A stretch of DNA of 64,000 bases from Spirochaetaceae bacterium. Its GTDB lineage: Bacteria > Spirochaetota > Spirochaetia > DSM-2461. Each line of letters starts with the position of its first letter. Position 1 is the stretch's first letter. Below the pieces are notes generated by a model that worked only from the letters and a program-made list of their open reading frames with translations, was not told where the DNA came from and did not search any database. The translations under genes and the position numbers were made by a program. This document shows, piece by piece, positions 21,201 through 31,837 of the stretch. The stretch spans positions 1,152,001 to 1,216,000 of the forward strand of contig OZ245056.1 in NCBI GenBank assembly GCA_965224705.1, written 5' to 3'.

Positions 21201-22946
21201 ATGGAAAAGAATCTGACTCAGGGCATCACCGATTTCAAGAAATTCATCGACAATGATTGTTACTTTGTCGATAAAACCCGTCTCATAGAACATCTTATCA
21301 ATGACCCCAGCGAAGTGCACCTTATCACCCGACCCCGGCGCTTCGGCAAAACCCTGAACTTAAGCATGATCCGCTATTTCTTTGAGGCCCCCCCACCGGG
21401 CGGCAGCAGCGGCGATTTGCCGCCCAACGCCTCCCTTTTCGACGGCATGTCCGTCACGGAACACCCCCGGTGCCGCGAATACATGGGGCAGTATCCGGTT
21501 ATTCATTTGAGCTTTAAGGATGCCAAGGGGGCATCATTCAATGAGTGTATGGAGATAATCAGGGATATGCTCTCTATGGAATACCAGCGGCATGAATACT
21601 TACAAAATTGCGGAGTGCTGCGCGAGGCCGATAAAGAACTGTTTTCCAGAATATTGAACCGAAACAGCACCAACAACGACTGCACCCAATCCATCAAACA
21701 CCTCTCCTTCTGGCTCCACCGCGCCTACGGCAAACCACCCTACATCCTTCTCGACGAGTACGACACGCCCCTGCATTCGGCCCATGTGGACAGGTACTAC
21801 GACCAGATGATCACCTTCATCCGCAGCTTCATGGTGCAGACCTTCAAGGACAACCCCCACCTGAAACAGGCCGTGGTAATCGGCATATTAAAAGTTGCTC
21901 AGGAGAGTATATTCAGCGACTTCAACAATCCCAGTGTGTCCACCATCCTTTCCTCGGCCATGAAGGACTGCTTTGGTTTCACCGAAGCGGAAGTGGAGGC
22001 AATGGCCGCTTACTTTGGACTGGAAGACGCAATGGAGGGCATAAAAGAATGGTACAACGGCTACCTCTTCGGCGGGGACACCGTCATCTACAATCCATGG
22101 AGCATCGTCAACTATCTGCGCTCACCCGAGGAAGGGTTAACACCCCACTGGATAGGCACCAGCGACAACAGGCTGATCAAGGATGTCATCCAATTAGACC
22201 GCCGGGAAGCCAAGATGACCATAGAAAAACTCCTGCGGAAGGAAGAAGTCCGCAAACCCCTGCTGACCAACATTCCCTACCCTCAGGTGGAAAGCGACCC
22301 GGACGTAGTATGGAGCTTTTTACTCCACAGCGGCTACCTGAAGGCCTCCGAGAGGCGGCAGGAACACAGGGACATAACATGGCGGCTCTCCATTCCCAAT
22401 CTGGAGGTGGAAACCGCCTGGATTACCGTTATTTCCCGCTGGCTTAAGGAAGACATCAAGATAAACGAACACTTCACGGACTTTGTCACCGGCATACAGG
22501 AAGCCAGTCCCCGGCACATAGAACGGGGACTGTCCCGAATTCTTCGCGGCTTGGCCAGCTACCATGATACGGCCAGGAGCAAAGAGGAGGGGGAAGACGA
22601 GGAATCCAGACGGGAAAACTTCTACCACGGTCTGGTACTGGGACTTCTGGCCTGCCTGAGCCCGGCGTATGCCGTTGAGAGCAACCGGGAATATGGTGAG
22701 GGCCGCCCGGACATCGTGGTACTCAAGAAGGGAAACAATCCGGCCCAGGCCGAGGAAGCCGTTCTGCTGGAATTCAAACATGGAACAGCGAAGGACGGCA
22801 AAGCCCTGGAAGATTTAGCCCGTGAAGCCCATACCCAGGCGGTAACGAAGTACATGGACGGAGTAAGGAACAAATGGCATCCGCAGCGGCTGCTTGTTCT
22901 GGGGGTAGGGTTTAGGGGCAGGGAACTGGCGGTTTTTTATGATTGA
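21201..22946 (+). CDS. AAA-ATPase-like + PD-(D/E)XK nuclease protein, tandem copy 2
   Basis: Same motifs as copy 1; 581 aa. Confidence 0.92.
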   Translation: MEKNLTQGITDFKKFIDNDCYFVDKTRLIEHLINDPSEVHLITRPRRFGKTLNLSMIRYFFEAPPPGGSSGDLPPNASLFDGMSVTEHPRCREYMGQYPVIHLSFKDAKGASFNECMEIIRDMLSMEYQRHEYLQNCGVLREADKELFSRILNRNSTNNDCTQSIKHLSFWLHRAYGKPPYILLDEYDTPLHSAHVDRYYDQMITFIRSFMVQTFKDNPHLKQAVVIGILKVAQESIFSDFNNPSVSTILSSAMKDCFGFTEAEVEAMAAYFGLEDAMEGIKEWYNGYLFGGDTVIYNPWSIVNYLRSPEEGLTPHWIGTSDNRLIKDVIQLDRREAKMTIEKLLRKEEVRKPLLTNIPYPQVESDPDVVWSFLLHSGYLKASERRQEHRDITWRLSIPNLEVETAWITVISRWLKEDIKINEHFTDFVTGIQEASPRHIERGLSRILRGLASYHDTARSKEEGEDEESRRENFYHGLVLGLLACLSPAYAVESNREYGEGRPDIVVLKKGNNPAQAEEAVLLEFKHGTAKDGKALEDLAREAHTQAVTKYMDGVRNKWHPQRLLVLGVGFRGRELAVFYD

Positions 22947-23337
22947 TAAGCTCCGATAATGCCGACTTAAACCCCCGAATTTTTGGATTTCTGGGGTGTG
23001 AAATGCTATTGTCACGATTAAACATCAATATGCGTGAGCCAGGTTCAATAAACCCATGAATAAGGCTCTTTGAGTATATGAAAGGGGATAAACCGCAGAG
23101 GACGCAGAGGTACGCAGAGAAATACAGCATAGAAAGATTGGTCAACACTTACCGTGAACACTCTGCGCTCTCTGCGTCCTCTGCGGTTATAAAAAAAGGA
23201 TTCTTCAGCTTTGCGTTCATCCAAAGCCCCCCCGCAACCACAGAGCCACCACCTCCGTGCCCTCCGTGCCTCCGTGAGCCCCCCCTCCACACCCCCGTAT
23301 AGATGAAACAGCCAAACCATGCTATGTTTAGTATGGC

Positions 23338-25083
23338 ATGGAAAAGAATCTGACTCAGGGCATCACCGATTTCAAGAAATTCATCGACAATGATTGTTAC
23401 TTTGTCGATAAAACCCGTCTCATAGAACATCTTATCAATGACCCCAGCGAAGTGCACCTTATCACCCGGCCCCGTCGCTTCGGCAAAACCCTGAACTTAA
23501 GCATGATCCGCTACTTCTTTGAGGCCCCGCTGCCGGACGGCGGCAACACTGACGCACCGCCCAATGCCTCCCTTTTCGACGGCATGTCCGTCACGGAACA
23601 CCCCCGGCACCGCGAATACATGGGGCAGTATCCGGTGATTCATTTGAGCTTCAAGAATGTAAAAAGTCCTTCCCATGAGAACAGCATGCATCTCATTCAA
23701 TCCTGCCTGGCCGATGAATTCAGAAGGCATAATTATTTGAAAGACAGCGGCTGCCTCGCTGAAGAGGAATTGACATTGTTCAACAGGATTATCAGGCGCG
23801 AAGGATCGGAACAGGACTGCGCGGAATCCCTTCCTCTCCTCTCCGCCTGGCTCCACCGCGCCTACGGCAAACCACCCTACATCCTTCTCGACGAGTATGA
23901 CACGCCCCTGCATTCGGCCCATGTGGACAGGTACTACGACCAGATGATCACCTTCATCCGCAGCTTCATGGTGCAGACCTTCAAGGACAACCCCCACCTG
24001 AAACAGGCCGTGGTAATCGGCATATTAAAAGTTGCTCAGGAGAGTATATTCAGCGACTTCAACAATCCCAGGGTCAGCACATTGCTGGATCCGGAAATAG
24101 AAGACAGCTTTGGCTTTACCGAGTCCGAGGTAGAAGCCATGACAGCCTACTTTGGACTGGAAGACGAAATGAAGGGCATAAGAGAATGGTACAACGGCTA
24201 CCTCTTCGGCGGGGACACCGTTATCTACAACCCCTGGAGCATAGTCAGTTTTCTTAGCTGCCCCAGGGCCGGACTGAAACCCCACTGGATAGGCACCAGC
24301 GACAACAGGCTGATCAAGGATGTCATCCAATTAGACCGCCGGGAAGCCAAAATGACCATAGAAAAACTCCTGCGGAAGGAAGAAGTCCGCAAACCCCTGT
24401 TGACCAACATCCCCTACCCTCAGGTAGAAAGCGACCCCGATGTGGTATGGAGCTTTCTTCTTCACAGCGGCTACCTGAAGGCCTCCGAGAGGCAGCAAGA
24501 ACACAGGGACATAACATGGCGGCTTTCCATTCCCAACCTGGAGGTGGAAACCGCCTGGATTACCGTTATTTCCCGCTGGCTTAAGGAAGACATCAAGATA
24601 AACGAACACTTCACGGACTTCGTCACCGGCATACAGGAAGCCAGTCCCCGGCACATAGAACGGGGACTGTCCCGCATTCTTCGCGGCTTGGCCAGCTACC
24701 ATGATACGGCCAGGAGTAAAGAGGAGTGGGAGGACGAGGAATCCAGACGGGAGAACTTCTATCACGGCCTGGTACTGGGTCTTCTGGCCTGCCTGAGCCC
24801 GGCTTATGCCGTTGAGAGCAACCGGGAATACGGTGAGGGCCGCCCGGACATCGTGGTGGTCAAGAAGGGAAACAATCCGGCCCAGGCCGAGGAAGCCGTT
24901 CTGCTGGAATTCAAACATGGAACAGCGAAGGACGGCAAAGCCCTGGAAGATTTAGCCCGTGAAGCCCATACCCAGGCGGTAACGAAGTACATGGACGGAG
25001 TAAGGAACAAATGGCATCCGCAGCGGCTGCTTGTTCTGGGGGTAGGGTTTAGGGGCAGGGAACTGGCGGTTTTTTATGATTGA
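23338..25083 (+). CDS. AAA-ATPase-like + PD-(D/E)XK nuclease protein, tandem copy 3
   Basis: Same motifs; starts 2137 bp after copy 2. Confidence 0.92.
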   Translation: MEKNLTQGITDFKKFIDNDCYFVDKTRLIEHLINDPSEVHLITRPRRFGKTLNLSMIRYFFEAPLPDGGNTDAPPNASLFDGMSVTEHPRHREYMGQYPVIHLSFKNVKSPSHENSMHLIQSCLADEFRRHNYLKDSGCLAEEELTLFNRIIRREGSEQDCAESLPLLSAWLHRAYGKPPYILLDEYDTPLHSAHVDRYYDQMITFIRSFMVQTFKDNPHLKQAVVIGILKVAQESIFSDFNNPRVSTLLDPEIEDSFGFTESEVEAMTAYFGLEDEMKGIREWYNGYLFGGDTVIYNPWSIVSFLSCPRAGLKPHWIGTSDNRLIKDVIQLDRREAKMTIEKLLRKEEVRKPLLTNIPYPQVESDPDVVWSFLLHSGYLKASERQQEHRDITWRLSIPNLEVETAWITVISRWLKEDIKINEHFTDFVTGIQEASPRHIERGLSRILRGLASYHDTARSKEEWEDEESRRENFYHGLVLGLLACLSPAYAVESNREYGEGRPDIVVVKKGNNPAQAEEAVLLEFKHGTAKDGKALEDLAREAHTQAVTKYMDGVRNKWHPQRLLVLGVGFRGRELAVFYD

Positions 25084-25474
25084 TAAGCTCCGATAATGCC
25101 GACTTAAACCCCCGAATTTTTGGATTTCTGGGGTGTGAAATGCTATTGTCACGATTAAACATCAATATGCGTGAGCCAGGTTCAATAAACCCATGAATAA
25201 GGCTCTTTGAGTATATGAAAGGGGATAAACCGCAGAGGACGCAGAGGTACGCAGAGAAATACAGCATAGAAAGATTGGTCAACACTTACCGTGAACACTC
25301 TGCGCTCTCTGCGTCCTCTGCGGTTATAAAAAAAGGATTCTTCAGCTTTGCGTTCATCCAAAGCCCCCCCGCAACCACAGAGCCACCACCTCCGTGCCCT
25401 CCGTGCCTCCGTGAGCCCCCCCTCCACACCCCCGTATAGATGAAACAGCCAAACCATGCTATGTTTAGTATGGC

Positions 25475-27220
25475 ATGGAAAAGAATCTGACTCAGGGCAT
25501 CACCGATTTCAAGAAATTCATCGACAATGATTGTTACTTTGTCGATAAAACCCGTCTCATAGAACATCTTATCAATGACCCCAGCGAAGTGCACCTCATC
25601 ACCCGTCCCCGTCGCTTCGGCAAAACCCTGAATTTAAGCATGATCCGCTATTTCTTTGAGGCCCCGCTGCCGGGCGGCAGCAGCGGCGATGTGCCGCCCA
25701 ACGCCTCCCTTTTCGACGGCATGTCCATCACGGAACACCCCCGGTGCCGCGAGTTCATGGGACAGTATCCGGTTATTCATTTGAGCTTTAAGGATGTTAA
25801 AAACAACGCATACAGCAAAGCAATCAACCTTGTCCGAGAAGTCATTGCCATTGAATTCAACAGGCATGGATATCTAACCGAACAAGGATTCTTAAACAGC
25901 CGGGAAGAAATTTTCTTCACAAGCATAGTCAATCAGGAAGGTACAGACGAGGACTATGCAAAATCCATCAAGTGGCTCTCCGCCTGGCTCCACCGCGCCC
26001 ACGGCAAACCACCCTACATCCTTCTGGACGAGTATGACACCCCCCTGCATTCGGCCCATGTGGATAAGTACTACGATCAGATGATCACCTTTATCCGCAG
26101 CTTCATGGTGCAGACCTTCAAGGACAACCCCCACCTGAAACAGGCCGTGGTGATCGGCATATTGAAAGTTGCTCAGGAAAGTATATTCAGCGACTTTAAC
26201 AATCCCAGGGTCAGTACATTGCTGGACCCGGAAATTGAAGACACTTTCGGGTTCACAGAATCCGAAGTGGAAACCATGGCCGCCTACTTTGGACTGGAAG
26301 ACGAGATGGATGGCATAAGAGAATGGTACAACGGCTACCTCTTCGGCGGGGACACCGTCATCTACAATCCGTGGAGCATCGTTAGCTTTCTTGGCCGCCC
26401 CAGGGCCGGGCTGAAACCCCACTGGATAGGCACCAGCGACAACAGGCTAATCAAGGATGTCATCCAATTAGACCGCCGGGAAGCCAAGATGACCATAGAA
26501 AGACTCCTGCGGAAGGAAGAAGTCCGCAAACCCCTGTTGACCAACATTCCCTACCCTCAGGTAGAAAGCGACCCCGATGTTGTATGGAGCTTTCTTCTTC
26601 ACAGCGGCTACCTGAAGGCCTCCGAAAGGCAGCAGGAACACAGGGACATAACATGGCGGCTCGCCATTCCCAACCTGGAGGTGGAAACCGCCTGGATTAC
26701 CGTTATTTCCCGCTGGCTAAAGGAAGATATCAAGATAAACGAACACTTCACGGACTTCGTCACCGGCATACAGGAAGCCAGTCCCCGGCACATAGAACGG
26801 GGGCTTTCCCGCATCCTTCGCGGTTTGACCAGCTACCATGATACGGCCAGGAGTAAAGAGGAGTGGGAGGACGAGGAATCCAGACGGGAGAACTTCTACC
26901 ACGGCCTGGTACTGGGTCTTCTGGCCTGCCTGAGCCCGGCATATATCGTTGAGAGCAACCGGGAATATGGTGAGGGCCGTCCGGACATCGTGGTACTCAA
27001 GAAGGGAAACAATCCAACCCAGGCCGAGGAAGCCGTCCTTTTGGAGTTCAAACATGGGAACGCGAAGGACGGCAAGGCCCTGGAAGATTTAGCCCGTGAA
27101 GCCCATACCCAGGCGGTAGAAAAATACCTGGACGGGGTCAGAGAAAAGTGGCATCCTGAGCGCCTGCTTGTTCTGGGAGCAGGGTTTAAGGGCAGGGAAC
27201 TGGCGGTTTTTTATGATTGA
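25475..27220 (+). CDS. AAA-ATPase-like + PD-(D/E)XK nuclease protein, tandem copy 4
   Basis: Same motifs; starts 2137 bp after copy 3. Confidence 0.92.
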   Translation: MEKNLTQGITDFKKFIDNDCYFVDKTRLIEHLINDPSEVHLITRPRRFGKTLNLSMIRYFFEAPLPGGSSGDVPPNASLFDGMSITEHPRCREFMGQYPVIHLSFKDVKNNAYSKAINLVREVIAIEFNRHGYLTEQGFLNSREEIFFTSIVNQEGTDEDYAKSIKWLSAWLHRAHGKPPYILLDEYDTPLHSAHVDKYYDQMITFIRSFMVQTFKDNPHLKQAVVIGILKVAQESIFSDFNNPRVSTLLDPEIEDTFGFTESEVETMAAYFGLEDEMDGIREWYNGYLFGGDTVIYNPWSIVSFLGRPRAGLKPHWIGTSDNRLIKDVIQLDRREAKMTIERLLRKEEVRKPLLTNIPYPQVESDPDVVWSFLLHSGYLKASERQQEHRDITWRLAIPNLEVETAWITVISRWLKEDIKINEHFTDFVTGIQEASPRHIERGLSRILRGLTSYHDTARSKEEWEDEESRRENFYHGLVLGLLACLSPAYIVESNREYGEGRPDIVVLKKGNNPTQAEEAVLLEFKHGNAKDGKALEDLAREAHTQAVEKYLDGVREKWHPERLLVLGAGFKGRELAVFYD

Positions 27221-27629
27221 TAAGCTCCGATAATGCCGACTTAAGCCCCCGAATTTTTTGGATTTCTGGGGTGTGAAATGCTATTGTCACGATTAAACGT
27301 CAATATGCGAGAGCCAAATTCAATAAACCCATGAATAAGGCTCTTTGAATACATGGAAAAGGGATAAACCGCAGAGGACGCAGAGGCACGCAGAGAAATA
27401 CAGGATAGAAAGATTAGTCAATACTTACCGTGAACACTTTGCGCTCTCTGCGTCCTCTGCGGTTATAAAAAAAAGAGGATTCTTCAGCTTTGCGTTCATC
27501 TCAAGCCCCCGTACGAAAGCCCCCCCGCACCAGATGCCGCCACCTCCGTGCCCTCCGTGCCTCCGTGAGCCCCCCCCTCCACACCCCCGTATAGATGAAA
27601 CAGCCAAACCATGCTATGTTAAAAGCATC

Positions 27630-29375
27630 ATGAAAAAGAAACTGACTCAAGGTATTACTGATTTCAAAGAATTCATCGACAACGACTGCTATTTTGTCGA
27701 TAAAACCCATCTTATCGCGCACCTTATCGACGACCCCAGCAAGGTCCATTTAATTACCCGCCCCCGGCGCTTTGGAAAAACCTTGAATCTGAGCATGATC
27801 CGCCACTTCCTGGAAGCCCCCCTGCCCACTCCCCAAGACCAGAATTCCCACACATCGTTCACAACTCCCAATGCTTACCTTTTTGAGAATCTTGCAATCG
27901 CCTCCCATCCGCGCTGCGCCGAGTTCATGGGGCAGTATCCGGTTATTCATTTGAGCTTCAAGAATGTGAAAAGTCCTTCCCAGGAGAACAGCATGCGTCT
28001 CATTCAATCCTGCCTGGCCGATGAATTCAGAAGGCATAATTATTTGAAAGACAGAGACTGCCTCGCTGAAGAGGAATTGACATTGTTCAACTGGATTCTC
28101 AGGCGCAAGGGATCTGAACAGGACTGTGCGGAAGCCCTTCGTCAACTCTCCGCATGGCTCCACCGCGCCTACGGCAAACCACCCTACATCCTTCTGGACG
28201 AGTACGACACCCCCCTCCATTCGGCCCATGTGGATAACTACTACGACCAGATGATCGCCTTCATCCGCAGCTTCATGGTGCAGACCTTCAAGGACAACCC
28301 CCACCTGAAACAGGCCGTGGTAATCGGCATATTGAAAATTGCCCAGGAGAGCATATTCAGCGACTTTAACAATCCCAGGGTGAACACATTGCTGGATCCG
28401 GAAATTGAAGACACATTCGGGTTCACAGAATCCGAGGTGGAAACCATGACCGCTCACTTTGGTCTGGAAAATACCATGGATGGTATAAAAAAATGGTACA
28501 ACGGCTACCTCTTCGGCGGAGAAACCGTCATCTACAATCCCTGGAGCATCGTCAGTTTTCTTAGTCGTCCCAAAGCCGGTCTGCACCCGCACTGGATAAG
28601 CACCAGCGACAACAGACTCGTCAAGGAAGTCATCAAACTAAAGCGCCGGGATGCGAAAATGACAACAGAAAAACTTCTACGGAAAGAGGAAGTGCGCAAG
28701 CCGCTCTTGACCAACATTCCCTACACCCAGATAGAAAATGATCCGGATGTGGTATGGAGTTTCCTTCTCCACAGCGGCTACCTCAAAGCTTCCGACATGC
28801 ACCAGGAAGAACTGGGAACCAGCTGGCGGCTCTCCATACCCAACAAAGAATTGGAAACGGCCTGGAAGACTGTGGTGCTGAACTGGCTGAAGGAGGATCT
28901 GTCCATCAACGAGGATTTTACGGACTTTATCAGCGGCATCAGAGAAGCCAATCCCAGGCTGATTGAACGCGGCCTGAAGCGAATCCTGTTTGGCCTGGCC
29001 AGTTATTACGATAGCGCGCGGGACGAGGAGGATAGGCGGGAAAACTTCTACCATGGTCTTGTACTGGGTCTTCTGGCCTATCTTGGCCCGGCCTATACCG
29101 TGGACAGCAACCGGGAGTATGGGAGAGGCCGCTCGGACATTGTGGTGGTCAGAAAGGGAAGCGATCCTGCCCAGGCCGAGGAGGCTTTTGTGTTCGAATT
29201 CAAGCAGGGAAACACCGATGCTGATACCTCACTGGAAGTGCTGGCCCAGGCTGCTTATGCCCAGGCGGTGGAGGGATACCTTGGCGGAGTCAGGGAGAAA
29301 TGGCATCCGAAGGAATTGTTGGTTCTGGGAATTGGTTTCCGGGGGAAAGACTTGTCCCTGTATTGCGAGGCATGA
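27630..29375 (+). CDS. AAA-ATPase-like + PD-(D/E)XK nuclease protein, tandem copy 5 (divergent C-terminal half)
   Basis: Start MKKKLTQG at 27630 by alignment with paralogs; SNREYGRGRSDI..FEFK. Confidence 0.92.
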   Translation: MKKKLTQGITDFKEFIDNDCYFVDKTHLIAHLIDDPSKVHLITRPRRFGKTLNLSMIRHFLEAPLPTPQDQNSHTSFTTPNAYLFENLAIASHPRCAEFMGQYPVIHLSFKNVKSPSQENSMRLIQSCLADEFRRHNYLKDRDCLAEEELTLFNWILRRKGSEQDCAEALRQLSAWLHRAYGKPPYILLDEYDTPLHSAHVDNYYDQMIAFIRSFMVQTFKDNPHLKQAVVIGILKIAQESIFSDFNNPRVNTLLDPEIEDTFGFTESEVETMTAHFGLENTMDGIKKWYNGYLFGGETVIYNPWSIVSFLSRPKAGLHPHWISTSDNRLVKEVIKLKRRDAKMTTEKLLRKEEVRKPLLTNIPYTQIENDPDVVWSFLLHSGYLKASDMHQEELGTSWRLSIPNKELETAWKTVVLNWLKEDLSINEDFTDFISGIREANPRLIERGLKRILFGLASYYDSARDEEDRRENFYHGLVLGLLAYLGPAYTVDSNREYGRGRSDIVVVRKGSDPAQAEEAFVFEFKQGNTDADTSLEVLAQAAYAQAVEGYLGGVREKWHPKELLVLGIGFRGKDLSLYCEA

Positions 29376-29502
29376 TTTGACGGATGATTGATGAATTGTG
29401 AATCTTCCGGGGCTGTGTCAGGACGAAGGATTTGGTTCATCCGTAGACTTCCCCTCTTTACGAGCTTCCATAGCGCACTCCGTGTAAATCCGTGTCATCT
29501 GC

Positions 29503-30180
29503 GGTTACAAAACCCATGAATAAGGCTCTTTGAGTATATGAAAGGGGGATAAACCGCAGAGGACGCAGAGGTACGCAGAGAAATGAAGCATAGAAAGATT
29601 GGTCAATACTTACCGTGAACACTCTGCGCTCTCTGCGTCCTCTGCGGTTATAAAAAGAAAAGAGGATTCTTCAGCTTTGCGCTCATCTCAAGGCCCCGTG
29701 CGAAAGCCCCCCCATAACCAGAGCCACCACCTCCGTGCCCTCCGTGCCTCCGTGAGAGACACACCCCAGAATCATTGTTTTTCATTTTTGGGGGACTTGT
29801 AATTGGCTTCTAACGTGAACACTCTACGCTCTCTGCGGTTACAAAACTCATGAATAAGCCTCTTTGAGTATATGAAAGAGGGATAAACCGCAGAGGACGC
29901 AGAGAAATACAGCATAGAAAGATTGGTCAATACTTACCGTGAACACTCTGCGCTCTCTGCGTCCTCTGCGGTTATAAAAAGAGAGGATTCTTCAGCTTTG
30001 CGTTCATCCAAAGCCCCCCGCAACCCAGGCCACCACCTCCGTGTCCTCCGTGCCTCCGTGAGAGACACCCCAGAATCGTTGTTTTTGATTTCTAGGGCAC
30101 TTGTAATTGGCTTCTAACGCGAACACTCTGCGTCCTCTGCGGTTACAAAACCCATGAATAAGGCTCTTTGAGTATATGAG
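29503..30180 (+). repeat. Composite array of hairpin and CTCCGTG modules
   Basis: Full units near 29550 and 29884 plus half units. Confidence 0.88.
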
Positions 30181-30269
30181 TTGTAATATTGTTGTTAGGC
30201 GTGGCCGCCTTGTCCACAGCAAAATCTGCCTTATTGGGCACATTCTTATGGCGGTGTGCGGGGGTGCCT

Positions 30270-30536
30270 TCAGAGCTTTTCGATCTCTTCTTCGCTTAGG
30301 CCGGTGGCCTTGATGATGAGTTCCATGTCGGCTCCGGCGGCTTTTAATCGCCTGGCTGTTTGCATTATACCCTCTTCCCTGCCATCGTTCCAGGATTCAT
30401 CCAGGCCGCTTAGATAATCCCTTCTCCATTTCTCTTTGGCTTCCAGCCTGTCAAGCATGGCTTGATCGGCAGTGAATGTTGTGTAGAGTTTATGGGCCTC
30501 CTGAATATATGGGTTGTCTCCCAATAGCACGGGCAT
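30270..30536 (-). CDS. Putative internally translated small Rpn C-terminal protein (RpnS-like), 88 aa
   Basis: AAGGAGG-ACGAG-ATG in frame inside the Rpn gene. Confidence 0.6.
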   Translation of the reverse strand: MPVLLGDNPYIQEAHKLYTTFTADQAMLDRLEAKEKWRRDYLSGLDESWNDGREEGIMQTARRLKAAGADMELIIKATGLSEEEIEKL

Positions 30537-31124
30537 CTCGTCCTCCTTCAAATAACCTTCGTACTTAAAAAAATAGCACCATCGTTCAAAGTCGCTTCCA
30601 ATAGCCAGGTGGGCTTCATCGGGAAATGTCATTTTCGAGAGTTCCATGAACATGATGTACAGATGGTCGGTCAAGACCTGTTCGGGATGATCCATTTCGG
30701 TAAGTTGAAAGCAGGTGTGGTACTCCTCCAGTTGTGGAAAAAGGGGCTCGCCAACCAGATTGATGCAAATAACCGGATTGAGTCTGGAGTAGGCCTCTGA
30801 TTCACGCAGTTGGTTCTGGTAGTTTTTTGCCCAGTATAACAGACTTCGATTGGCAAAATACTTGCCGGTGGAGATCTGTATCTCAACGTTAATGATGCGA
30901 TTGCGGCTGTCTCTTGCCTTGACATCCAGTATAGTTTCCCTGTCGCTGAAGTATTCTTTCAGGTTGTAGGGGTTGAGTATATCGACGCTGGTGACCGGGC
31001 CTAATTCCTTTGGAGTTAAAAATGCATTGATAAAATTCGTCAGCAGGCTGGTGTTTTTCTCATCGCCCAGAAGGGCACGGGCAAACAAGTCAGACAGCGG
31101 ATCGAATGGTCTGGTTGTTTCCAT
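30270..31124 (-). CDS. Rpn family recombination-promoting nuclease / PD-(D/E)XK putative transposase, copy 1
   Basis: PLSDLFA, ILDVKARD..INVEIQ, RSLLYWAKNY, C-terminal GREEG..ARRLK..IIKATGLSEEEI. Confidence 0.92.
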   Translation of the reverse strand: METTRPFDPLSDLFARALLGDEKNTSLLTNFINAFLTPKELGPVTSVDILNPYNLKEYFSDRETILDVKARDSRNRIINVEIQISTGKYFANRSLLYWAKNYQNQLRESEAYSRLNPVICINLVGEPLFPQLEEYHTCFQLTEMDHPEQVLTDHLYIMFMELSKMTFPDEAHLAIGSDFERWCYFFKYEGYLKEDEMPVLLGDNPYIQEAHKLYTTFTADQAMLDRLEAKEKWRRDYLSGLDESWNDGREEGIMQTARRLKAAGADMELIIKATGLSEEEIEKL

Positions 31125-31130
31125 GATTTT

Positions 31131-31159
31131 ACATTACGGGAGTTTTGGCATTTATGCAA
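31131..31159 (-). promoter_or_regulatory. Sigma70 promoter giving a probably leaderless Rpn mRNA (identical copy at 32711-32739)
   Basis: TTGCAT-17 nt-TAATGT-6 nt-ATG; no SD. Confidence 0.55.
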
Positions 31160-31199
31160 GGGATGTCTTAGCGTGAAGGGTGAAGTGTGAAGCCCCCCT

Positions 31200-31745
31200 G
31201 CAATCCAGAGCCACCACCTCCGTGTCCTCCGTGCCTCCGTGAGAGACACACCCCAGAATCATTGTTTTTCATTTTTAGGGGACTTGTAATTGGCTTCTAC
31301 CGTGAACACTCTGCGTTCTCTGCGGTTACAAAACCCATGAATAAGGCTCTTTGAGTATATGGAAGGGGGATAAACCGCAGAGGACGCAGAGGTACGCAGA
31401 GAAATGTAGCATAGAAGGATTGGTCGATACTTACCGTGAACACTCTGCGCTTTCTGCGGTTACAAAACCTATGAATAAGGCTCTTTGAGTATATGAAAGA
31501 GGGATAAACCGCAGAGGACGCAGAGAAATACAGCATAGAAAGATTGGTCCATACTTACTGTGAACACTCTGCGCTCTCTGCGGTTAAAAACTTATGAATA
31601 AGGCTCTTTGAGTATATGAAAGGGGGATAAACCGCAGAGGTATGCAGAGAAATGCAGCATAGAAAGATTGGTCGATACTTACCGCGAACACTCTGCGCTC
31701 TCTGCGGTTAAAAAACCCATGAATAAGGCTCTTTGAGTATATGAG
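31200..31745 (+). repeat. Array of three hairpin modules plus CTCCGTG module
   Basis: Units near 31371, 31505, 31628. Confidence 0.88.
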
Positions 31746-31837
31746 TTGTAATATTGTTGTTAGGCGTGGCTGCCTTGTCCGCAGCAAAATCTGCCTTATT
31801 GGGGCACATTCTTATGGCGGTGTGGGGGGGGGTGCCT

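Noticed and set aside
27345..27629. 95-aa N-terminal extension of AAA copy 5
   Set aside because: It reads through the intergenic repeat; paralog alignment puts the start at 27630.
19403..28145. Diversity-generating retroelement as the source of the variable cassette
   Set aside because: No reverse transcriptase or template repeat in the window, and the differences are not restricted to adenines.
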